DNA of 28,374 nt from Polyangiales bacterium (GTDB lineage Bacteria; Myxococcota_A; Polyangia; Polyangiales; DASUME01). The stretch lies in the NCBI GenBank assembly GCA_036277895.1, contig DASUME010000162.1, positions 1 through 28,374 of the forward strand, read 5' to 3'. The first letter of the stretch is position 1. Each line of letters begins with the position of its first letter. This document shows positions 1 through 7,062 of the stretch, piece after piece. The notes beneath the pieces are model-generated. The model ran no database searches, was not told where the DNA came from, and saw only the letters and a list, made by a program, of their open reading frames with translations. A program made the translations under genes and the position numbers.

Positions 1-428
1 AGGTGCGTGGTGTCGATCACACGCGTCGCACGGCGGCGCAGCGGAGCCAGCCACTCGCGCTCCAGCCGGATCGCCTCCAGCACGCTGCCCTCGTTCGCGA
101 GCCGGTGCGGGCGGCGCGTCTCGCTGAAGCGGCGCACCAGCGCGTCGTCGGCCGCGTCGAGGAACAGCACGTCGGGCGGGAAGCCGCGCGCCTCCAGCTC
201 GGACAGCGCGCTCTCGGCGCCCTCCAGGAAGTTGCCGCTGCGCACGTCGATGCCGAGCCCGACGCGCACCTGTTCCTTGCCCGCCTCCAGCAACTCCAAC
301 AAGCCAGGCGCCAACCGCGGCGGCAGGTTGTCGACGCAGTAAAAGCCGAGGTCTTCCAGCACACGGAGCGCCGTACTGCGGCCCGCGCCAGACAACCCGG
401 TGACGACGACGAGTTGCACGCTCTGCAC
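1..428 (-). CDS. rapZ: RNase adapter RapZ/YvcJ family P-loop protein (3' end runs off the window)
   Basis: Not in the ORF track. Manual minus-strand translation from GTG at 428 gives VQSVQLVVVTGLSGAGRSTALRVLEDLGFYCVDNLPP...VRVGLGIDVRSG (Walker A, 'VDNLP' and 'DVR' motifs of RapZ). It lies directly downstream of hprK, as is usual. Start may be GTG 419. Confidence 0.93.
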   Translation of the reverse strand, partial: MQSVQLVVVTGLSGAGRSTALRVLEDLGFYCVDNLPPRLAPGLLELLEAGKEQVRVGLGIDVRSGNFLEGAESALSELEARGFPPDVLFLDAADDALVRRFSETRRPHRLANEGSVLEAIRLEREWLAPLRRRATRVIDTTH

Positions 429-486
429 GGGGGCAGAGGATAGCGCTAGAGCGGCGAACCGCGAAGCGAACGCATGCCGATTGCGT

Positions 487-1479
487 TCACTCCTTCTTGC
501 CGAGCTCCCGCTCCAGCCGCTCGGCGAAGCGCTTGGCGCCGTGTAGGCCTTCGCGTTTGAGCAGGTGATTGCGCGCCGCCATCTCGAGCAACACCCCCAT
601 GTCACGGCCCGGACGCACGGGGATGCGCAGGCGTGAAATCTTGGTGCCGAGTAGCTCCATCTGCTGGTCGTCGAGCCCGAGCCGCTCGTAGACCTCGTCC
701 TCACGCCAGTGGCAGAGCTCGACCACCAGATCGACCCGCGCCTCGTCGCGCACCGCGGTGGCACCGAACAGATCGCGAATGTTGAGGATACCCACGCCGC
801 GGATCTCCAGGTGGTGGCGCAACAGCGGCGCCGGGGACCCGAGCACCGCCGTGTTCGGCAAGCGCGTGAGCTCGACCAGGTCGTCCGCGATCAGCCGGTG
901 GCCGCGCTCGACCAGGAACAGCGCGCACTCGCTCTTGCCGATGCCGCTCGGCCCGATCAGCAGCGTACCGACGCCGTACACCTCGACCAACACGCCGTGC
1001 AGGCGCGCGCGCGGCGCGAGCAACCGGTCGAGCACCGTGTGCAGCCCGTTGATGGTGGTGCTGGAGCGGGTGGGCGAGCCGACCAGCGGCGTGCCGTGGC
1101 GCTCGGCCTCCTGGATCAGCACCTCCGGAGGCGTGACCCCGCGGCTGACGATGATCATCGAGATGCCGAGCGCGCACAGGAAGGCGACCCGTTCGGCACG
1201 CGTCTGCGCGTCGAGCCCGTTCAGGTAGCTGAGCTCGGTCTCGCCGAGCACCTGGATGCGCGTGCGCACCAGGCCCTGGGTGTGCCCGACCAGCATCAGG
1301 CCGGACTTCTGCACGCGCGGATGGTCGACCTTGCGATCGAGCCCCCTCGCGCCCGCGTGCAGCACCAGCAGGTCGCGCAGCTCGGGGTGTTCGACGATCG
1401 CGCGCACCGCCACCGCGACCTCGGGCACGCCCGAGGGGCGGTCGGAGTCGCCGGCGCGCTCGCCCGGCGCGTCGCTCAC
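487..1479 (-). CDS. hprK: HPr(Ser) kinase/phosphorylase
   Basis: HGVLVEVYGVGTLLIGPSGIGKSECALFLVERGHRLIADD (Walker A) and LEIRGVGILNIRDLFG signature; overlaps the ptsN stop by 4 nt. Confidence 0.97.
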   Translation of the reverse strand: MSDAPGERAGDSDRPSGVPEVAVAVRAIVEHPELRDLLVLHAGARGLDRKVDHPRVQKSGLMLVGHTQGLVRTRIQVLGETELSYLNGLDAQTRAERVAFLCALGISMIIVSRGVTPPEVLIQEAERHGTPLVGSPTRSSTTINGLHTVLDRLLAPRARLHGVLVEVYGVGTLLIGPSGIGKSECALFLVERGHRLIADDLVELTRLPNTAVLGSPAPLLRHHLEIRGVGILNIRDLFGATAVRDEARVDLVVELCHWREDEVYERLGLDDQQMELLGTKISRLRIPVRPGRDMGVLLEMAARNHLLKREGLHGAKRFAERLERELGKKE

Positions 1480-1934
1480 CCGATGTCCGCGCGCGCGATC
1501 ACGTCGAACGCCTCGTGCGCCGTCTTGGCCGCGAGCAAGCTCTCCCGGACGTCCTTGTTGCGGAGCAGCCGCGAGACGCGCGCCAGCACCCGCAGGTGGT
1601 CGCCCGTGTGGTGCTGGGGCGCCAGCACGCCGACCACGATCCGCACCGGCGCGCCGTCGATCGCCTCGAACGGGATGCCGTTGGGGCTGATCGCAACCGC
1701 CGCGCGCAGGCGATCGAGGTTGGCCAGGCGTCCATGCGGGATGGCCACGCCGCTGCCGATGCCCGTGCTGGCGAGGCGCTCGCGCTCGCTCAGCACCTCG
1801 TACACCGCGGGCGCGTCGAGCGAGCCGTCATCGCGCGTGAACAGCTGCGCCACCGTGGACAGCGCCGCCTCCTTGGTGGTCGCCGTCAGCTCGGTGGTGA
1901 CTCGCGTTTCGCTCAGTATGTCCGTCAGCCGCAT
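1476..1934 (-). CDS. ptsN: PTS IIA (Ntr/Fru-type) phosphocarrier
   Basis: ERERLASTGIGSGVAIPHGR phospho-His motif, C-terminal HLRVLARVSRLL; position in the rpoN operon. Confidence 0.93.
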   Translation of the reverse strand: MRLTDILSETRVTTELTATTKEAALSTVAQLFTRDDGSLDAPAVYEVLSERERLASTGIGSGVAIPHGRLANLDRLRAAVAISPNGIPFEAIDGAPVRIVVGVLAPQHHTGDHLRVLARVSRLLRNKDVRESLLAAKTAHEAFDVIARADIG

Positions 1935-1997
1935 GGGATGGCTGGGGCTCCGATGAAGAGTTTGAGGCCGACATTCACGTGCCGGCGCAGTCGGCGC

Positions 1998-2309
1998 CTA
2001 CTTTTCGCTATTCGCGGTACGCCGTCGATCGTGCTCTGCACTCTTCGAGCGACGAACCTGCTGATCGATGCAGTCGGTGACCTTGTCGATCGAAGCGTAC
2101 ATGTCTTCGGTCTGCTCGGTGGCCACGTAGGTATGGCCGTCCGAGCGCAGCACGACTTCCACCTGGTGGAAGTGCCGCTCGGTGGAGAAGTTGACGTCGA
2201 GATCGAGAGGGGCGCGCATGAACTTCTGCAACTTACTGAGCTTCTCGGAGGCGTAATTCTTGAGCGAGTCCGACGAGTCGATGTTGCGGAACGTAAATGC
2301 GATCCTCAT
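1998..2309 (-). CDS. hpf: Ribosome hibernation factor HPF/RaiA (short form)
   Basis: FRNIDSSDSLKNYASEKLSKL...DMYASIDKVTDCIDQQVRR; directly downstream of rpoN. Confidence 0.92.
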   Translation of the reverse strand: MRIAFTFRNIDSSDSLKNYASEKLSKLQKFMRAPLDLDVNFSTERHFHQVEVVLRSDGHTYVATEQTEDMYASIDKVTDCIDQQVRRSKSAEHDRRRTANSEK

Positions 2310-2359
2310 GTCTACTACCTCCGGCGGTGGGCTCGAACAGTCGAGAAGCTAAGCGGTCA

Positions 2360-3841
2360 TCAAAAGTACTTCTTGCGCTTGGAGCTGCTCAGGATTCCGA
2401 GCATTTCGCGGTACTTGGCGACCGTACGGCGCGCGATCACGATGTCGCCCTGGGCCAGGATCTCGACGATCTTCTGGTCGCTGTGAGGCTCGCGCTGGTC
2501 CTCGTCGCCGATGATCTTCTTGATCGCCTGCTTGACGCTCTCGGACGCGATGTCGTCCTCGTGCTCGCGGCGGATCGCGCTGTTGAAGAAGAACTTGAGC
2601 TCGTACAGGCCTTGCGGCGTGTTGACGTACTTGTTGCTGGTGACGCGCGAGATGGTGCTCTCGTGCATGCCGACCGCCTCGGCCACGTCGCGCAAAATCA
2701 TCGGCTTGAGGTACTCGATGCCCTTGTCGAAGAATTCACGCTGCTTCTCGATGATGCACTCGGTCACGCGCACGATCGTCTTGCGGCGCTGGTCGATGCT
2801 CCGGATCAGCCACTGCGCGCTGCGCAGCTTGCCCTGGATGTACTCCTTGGCCTTCGGATCGCCCTGCATCGCGGCGCGATAGAAGTTGCTGATCTTGAGC
2901 CTCGGCATGCCGTCGTCGTTGGCGCGCACGAAGTACTCGTCGCCGACCTTGATCACCTCGACGTCCGGCGTGATGTAGCGCGCCTCCTCGGTGACGAAGT
3001 TGCGGCCGGGCCGTGGCTCCAGCTCCGCGATCGCCTGGGCGACGTCGTAGATCTCCTCGACCGTGACCTTGAGCGCCTTGGCGATCGCCTGGTAGTTACG
3101 CTTCTCCAGGTTGCCGAGGTGGTCGGTCAACACGCTGACGACGAGCGGGTCGAGGTCCAAGTGCTCGGCCTGGATCAACAGGCACTCGCGCAGGTTGCGG
3201 GAGGCGACGCCGATCGGGTCCATACGCTGGATGATCTTGAGGACCTCTTCCGCGTCCTCGGCATCGAGCCCGGCCTCGCCGGCCAGCTTGGGCACGATCT
3301 CGGCCTCGGTCAGGCCCTCGACGCGCAGGTAGCCCGCCTCATCCAGGTTACCGACCGTCAGCAGCGCGAACGCTTTCTCCTCGTCGAGCAGGTCCGCCAT
3401 CCGGATCTGCCAGGTGAGATGATCACCCAGGTCCTCGGCCCGTGTGGCCGTGGCCTCGTAGCTCGGCATCTCGTCTTCCATGCCGCCGCGGAACGAGGGC
3501 AGGGGCGCCTGCATGGCGTGGTTCTCGAGGTACCGCTCCCAGTCGATCTCGTCGGCCTTCTTCTCGCCGGCCTTGTTCTCGAGCCCCACCGCGCGGTCGT
3601 CCGCGCTGATCTGCTGATCGATGGTGTTGATCTCGGAGCGCTCGAGGTTTTGCTCCGTGCGATCGGCCCGGACCCCCTCGGCCTGGTCGCCCGTGTCCTC
3701 CAGGACCGGGTTCTCCATCAGCTCGTCGCGGACCATGTCCACGAGCTCCATCCGAGACATCTGGAGCAGCTTGATGGCTTGCTGCAGCTGGGGCGTCATC
3801 ACGAGCTGCTGTGAGAGCCGTAGCTGCTGCTTGATCTCCAT
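2360..3841 (-). CDS. rpoN: RNA polymerase sigma-54 factor
   Basis: N-terminal LVMTPQLQQAIKLLQMS, helix-turn-helix MHESTISRVTSNKY, RpoN box IARRTVAKYRE; SD AGGAG at 3848-3852. Confidence 0.99.
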   Translation of the reverse strand: MEIKQQLRLSQQLVMTPQLQQAIKLLQMSRMELVDMVRDELMENPVLEDTGDQAEGVRADRTEQNLERSEINTIDQQISADDRAVGLENKAGEKKADEIDWERYLENHAMQAPLPSFRGGMEDEMPSYEATATRAEDLGDHLTWQIRMADLLDEEKAFALLTVGNLDEAGYLRVEGLTEAEIVPKLAGEAGLDAEDAEEVLKIIQRMDPIGVASRNLRECLLIQAEHLDLDPLVVSVLTDHLGNLEKRNYQAIAKALKVTVEEIYDVAQAIAELEPRPGRNFVTEEARYITPDVEVIKVGDEYFVRANDDGMPRLKISNFYRAAMQGDPKAKEYIQGKLRSAQWLIRSIDQRRKTIVRVTECIIEKQREFFDKGIEYLKPMILRDVAEAVGMHESTISRVTSNKYVNTPQGLYELKFFFNSAIRREHEDDIASESVKQAIKKIIGDEDQREPHSDQKIVEILAQGDIVIARRTVAKYREMLGILSSSKRKKYF

Positions 3842-3891
3842 CCCGTTCTCCTAACCGACAGCCACCGGGTCGGCGGGTGAGGGGTTTCCAA

Positions 3892-3920
3892 AGTATAGGC
3901 CCGTGCCAACGGGCTGAGAA
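3892..3920 (-). promoter_or_regulatory. Putative sigma70-type promoter of the rpoN operon with a palindromic spacer
   Basis: The minus strand reads TTCTCA-N17-TATACT about 50 nt upstream of the rpoN ATG. The spacer contains the perfect inverted repeat GCCCGT-N4-ACGGGC (3899-3914). Confidence 0.5.
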
Positions 3921-4153
3921 GTTGCTTCGAAGGCTGGGTCCATTGCCTGTAGCGCGGCGGAAGAGTCCGTGCACACGTCGCTTTCCGCGATGGACACAAT
4001 CCTTGCAAGCACGTACGCTGCCGGCGCTCGAACAGCCCTCACACAGACCTCCCAGAGCGGGTCTACGGGGCGCGCTCTCCGAGCTTGCGCGCACCAGGCC
4101 CACTGTGTGCTAGCAGCTGCCAAGTACGCGCCGGGCAGCGTGAGCAAGCCGGG

Positions 4154-4714
4154 TCAGGTGGGAGTGCCCCCGAGCCGCGCGCCGAAGCCCACCAGGAGCA
4201 GCGCTCCAGCGAGCACCAGGTAGCTGCCGAGCGCGGGCACCGCGGCGAAGCCGAGCCGGCCGAACGCCCACAGCAAGCAGGCCAGCGCCACCGCCCCCAA
4301 CGCGGGGACCACCACACGCAGGCTGCGCATGGCGCGTGGGGTTCTTCGACGTGCGAGCGCGTAGAAGACGGTGAACGCGATCAGCGAGAGCGTCCACAAG
4401 CTCGGGATCGCGCGCGCCAGCTGGTACGTCGCGACGGGCTCGGTCAAGCGCACGAGCGGCAGAGGCAACGCCGCCAGCTGACACAGCGCACCGAGCGCGA
4501 CCAGGACGCGCCCCGCGCGCGGATCGAACAGCGCGAGGCGGCGGAGATCGTGCGAGAGCGGCTCATCGAGGTCATCGTCCTGCTCCGGGTCGGGGACACT
4601 GGATGCATCGAGCCGTGTCAACGGCACGAGCGTCAGCTCATGCTCGGGGCACTGGCTCTGACCTTCGAACGATTCCCGGCAGAACGGGCAGAAGAGAACC
4701 TGGTGTTGCGCCAT
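4154..4714 (-). CDS. Hypothetical membrane protein with N-terminal Zn-ribbon (CPFC...CPEH), 186 aa
   Basis: In-frame ATG at 4714 (MAQHQVLFCPFCRESFEGQSQCPEH), an acidic linker, then about four hydrophobic segments. The longer ORF-track start at 4903 overlaps the opposite-strand GNAT gene. Confidence 0.75.
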   Translation of the reverse strand: MAQHQVLFCPFCRESFEGQSQCPEHELTLVPLTRLDASSVPDPEQDDDLDEPLSHDLRRLALFDPRAGRVLVALGALCQLAALPLPLVRLTEPVATYQLARAIPSLWTLSLIAFTVFYALARRRTPRAMRSLRVVVPALGAVALACLLWAFGRLGFAAVPALGSYLVLAGALLLVGFGARLGGTPT

Positions 4715-4730
4715 GGTCTGCTGATATCGT

Positions 4731-4759
4731 GCGCCTGCTTTTGGCTTGGCGCCTGCTTT
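4731..4759. repeat. 11-bp direct repeat GCGCCTGCTTT x2 in a divergent intergenic region
   Basis: Exact copies at 4731-4741 and 4749-4759 (18-bp period). Confidence 0.6.
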
Positions 4760-4795
4760 CGCGAGGTCGCCGCGTTCACGTAGAGAGGGCCCGCG

Positions 4796-5230
4796 ATGAA
4801 GATCCGCGGCATCACCAAGCAAGACTTCGACTACGTCGTCTCGGTGTTCGATCACTGGTGGGGCGGGCCTTCGAGCGAGCGCGCGAGCCCGTTCTTCTTC
4901 CACGAGCTCGGCGAGTACGCGCTAATCGCCGAGGAAGACGGCCGCGTGATCGGCTTCCTGCTCGGGCTGGTCTCGACCGGGAGTCGCACCGGGTACGTGC
5001 ACCTGGTGGGCATCGACCCGAATCATCGCCGGCGTGGCGTCGGCAAGCAGCTGTATCAACACTTCCAGGAACGCTGTCGGGCAGCGGGGCTACGCGAGCT
5101 CAAGGCGATCGGCATGGTCGGGCACGAGTCGTCGCTTCGTTTCCACGCGGCGCTGGAGTTCGCGGCGCGCGAGGTAAACGACTACGCCGGCCCGGGCCGC
5201 GCGCGGGTCGTCTTTACCAAGGAACTCTAG
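4796..5230 (+). CDS. GNAT family N-acetyltransferase
   Basis: Acetyl-CoA binding motif YVHLVGIDPNHRRRGVGKQLY; C-terminal SLRFHAALEF. Confidence 0.9.
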   Translation: MKIRGITKQDFDYVVSVFDHWWGGPSSERASPFFFHELGEYALIAEEDGRVIGFLLGLVSTGSRTGYVHLVGIDPNHRRRGVGKQLYQHFQERCRAAGLRELKAIGMVGHESSLRFHAALEFAAREVNDYAGPGRARVVFTKEL

Positions 5231-5329
5231 GGCGCTCCGCACTGGTGCGCTGCGGGGGGGAACGTTATGCTTTCCCTTCGAGTCGCGGCCGGCCCGCGAC
5301 GGGGCATGATTCCAGTCACGGGAGCATCG

Positions 5330-6052
5330 ATGAGTTACTCTGGAGCGGTGGTCGCGCGGAGCGCGCGCGAAGAGCTGGGGAAGGCCCTGGCGACCCTGCA
5401 AGAAGACCCGCGCACCCCTCCCGACGTCATGGGCGTGGCGCAGAACATTGCGCAGGCCGTGGGTTCGTTGTTCGACGCCGAGCAGGCGACCGACGAGCGG
5501 CACGGCAAGAACAGCGTGCGTGCGGCGCTGAGCTCGCTGAGCCAGACGATGGCGCTGCTTCAGGACCTCAAGAGTGGACACCGCGGCGTGGTCGCGGCCA
5601 CGGCGAGCATCGCGACCGCGATGAGCAAGCTGCACCCGCTGACGGTGGTGCCGAGCATGTTGCCCGGTCGCTCGCCGTCGGTGCCGCCGCCGCAGGGCTC
5701 GGGCCACGGGCAGATCGCCAAGGGCAAGCGCTCCGAGGTGGAAGCCAACGTGGGCGCGAGCTCGGAGACGAACTTCTACGTCGGCTTCTCGGGCGAGATC
5801 GCCGAGGGCGGCGTGTTCATCGCTACCTACAACACGCTCGAGGGCGGCACGCTGGTGAACGCCACGGTCACGCTGCCCGGCGGCTTCGAGTTCAAGGTGC
5901 CCGGCTACGTGCACTTCGTGCGCGACCCGATGGACATGAGCGACGAGGCCGAGCCCGGCATGGGCATCAAGTTCGAGCAGCTGCCGAACGAACATCGCGA
6001 GCTCGTGCTGCGCTTCGTACGCAAGCGCGCCCCGATGTTCTACGACGACTGA
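5330..6052 (+). CDS. TIGR02266-type PilZ-like domain protein with N-terminal helical region, 240 aa
   Basis: C-terminal SETNFYVGFSGEIAEGGVFIATY...PGMGIKF...RFVRKRAPMFYD is typical of myxobacterial PilZ-like proteins; GGAG at 5321-5324 precedes ATG 5330 (ORF-track start 5267). Confidence 0.8.
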   Translation: MSYSGAVVARSAREELGKALATLQEDPRTPPDVMGVAQNIAQAVGSLFDAEQATDERHGKNSVRAALSSLSQTMALLQDLKSGHRGVVAATASIATAMSKLHPLTVVPSMLPGRSPSVPPPQGSGHGQIAKGKRSEVEANVGASSETNFYVGFSGEIAEGGVFIATYNTLEGGTLVNATVTLPGGFEFKVPGYVHFVRDPMDMSDEAEPGMGIKFEQLPNEHRELVLRFVRKRAPMFYDD

Positions 6053-6060
6053 GTTCTCTA

Positions 6061-6180
6061 CATTGACGTTGACGTTGTCGTGAACGGCGACGGCGACGAT
6101 TTCTCGGCACAACGCCCTCCAAGACTGCGGTGGCAGCGCGAGGGATCGTCGCCGTCGCCGACCAGGTCAACGTCAACGTG
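6061..6180. repeat. Palindromic intergenic element, copy 1 (REP/MITE-like)
   Basis: Perfect 16-bp inverted repeat 6085-6100/6145-6160 plus 11-bp pair 6063-6073/6166-6176. 6069-6100 matches 23273-23304 at 31/32 nt. Confidence 0.85.
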
Positions 6181-6183
6181 GAA

Positions 6184-6633
6184 TTACCAGAGCGCGACGG
6201 ATGTGGCGTCTAGACTCAAGGGGCCCATCGACTTCATGCCCTCGCCTGCGTAGTGCTCGCGCTGCGCTTCGGGGAGCTCGTGGCGCTTGAGCTGGCCCTC
6301 GATCACCGCGGCGTGGCCGACGGCGTCTTGCGGGATGAAGAACGCGTGGTTGGCCATCGGCACGCGCAGGCCCTCGCTCGCGCCCTCGGCTTGCAGCTCG
6401 AGCCAGCAGCCGGCGGCCTGGCACACGCGCGCGACGGTGCCTCGGCACGCGATCGACTTGCCGACCAGCGGCTCCGGATCCGCGAGCACCGCATCGACCG
6501 GGTACACGGGCGCGCGGTTGCTCAGCGGTGCGCCGAACGCGCGCGCGGGCGGTGATGGAACGTTGGGCTTGGGAGCCGGCGTGGGCTCGGCCGCGTTGCA
6601 CGCGACCAGCAGCAGCGCGGCGGCCCACCTCAC
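6184..6633 (-). CDS. DUF4920-like putative lipoprotein, 149 aa
   Basis: GTG at 6633 overlaps the NUDIX stop (GTGA). Signal peptide with lipobox LVAC, then FGAPL...GTVARVCQAAGCWLEL...FFIPQDAVG. It is the real C-terminal part of ORF 6184..7965. Confidence 0.75.
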   Translation of the reverse strand: MRWAAALLLVACNAAEPTPAPKPNVPSPPARAFGAPLSNRAPVYPVDAVLADPEPLVGKSIACRGTVARVCQAAGCWLELQAEGASEGLRVPMANHAFFIPQDAVGHAAVIEGQLKRHELPEAQREHYAGEGMKSMGPLSLDATSVALW

Positions 6634-7031
6634 GTGAACACCCCGAGCAGCTTGGCCATCGACGCCTCGTCCGCGGGCGTGAACTCGAAGCGCTCGAACT
6701 CGTCCGAGTAGACCCACTTCACGTCGTTCACGTTCTGCGTGCTGGGCTCGGAGAGCAAGCTGCAGTCGTAGAGGTAGAGCTCCACCGTGTAGTGCTCGTA
6801 CGGATGGCTCACGTACGAGATCAGCTGCCCCACGGTGACCTCGGCCTCCAGGCGCTCGGCGATCTCGCGCTTGAGCGCTGCCTGGTCGGTCTCCCCCGAC
6901 TCGACGCGCCCGCCGGGGAACTCCCAGAGCAGCGGCAGCACGGCCGTGGCGCGCCGCTGCGTGATCAGGTAGCGACCCTCGCGCTCGACCATCGCGGCCA
7001 CGACTCGGATCATCGGCGGTTGTGGGGTCAC
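6630..7031 (-). CDS. NUDIX hydrolase (MutT/NudG-like)
   Basis: IRVVAA...LWEFPGGRVESGETDQAALKREIAE (Nudix box) and FTPAD; start may be ATG 7013. Confidence 0.88.
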   Translation of the reverse strand: MTPQPPMIRVVAAMVEREGRYLITQRRATAVLPLLWEFPGGRVESGETDQAALKREIAERLEAEVTVGQLISYVSHPYEHYTVELYLYDCSLLSEPSTQNVNDVKWVYSDEFERFEFTPADEASMAKLLGVFT

Positions 7032-7062
7032 GGCGAAAACGCCATAACGCGCTTGTCACCTC

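Noticed and set aside
468-488. Hairpin GAACGCA-N7-TGCGTTC at the hprK stop as a terminator
   Set aside because: Only a 7-bp stem with no U-tract, inside an apparent operon.
3893-3909. Functional sigma54 promoter upstream of rpoN
   Set aside because: The -24 box TGGCACG is present but the -12 TTGC is missing. The nearby TGGACACAATCCTTGCA (3990 region, plus strand) has GG-N11-GC spacing, one base too long.
3799-4147. ORFs 3851..4147 (-), 3799..4008 (-), 3877..4113 (+) and 3969..4223 (+) as small genes
   Set aside because: No motif or SD, and atypical composition; better explained as the rpoN promoter region.
6061-6180. Palindromic element as a CRISPR repeat or integron attC site
   Set aside because: Only two copies 17 kb apart, no array or cas genes, no RYYYAAC...GTTRRRY boundaries and no integrase; flanking genes look chromosomal.
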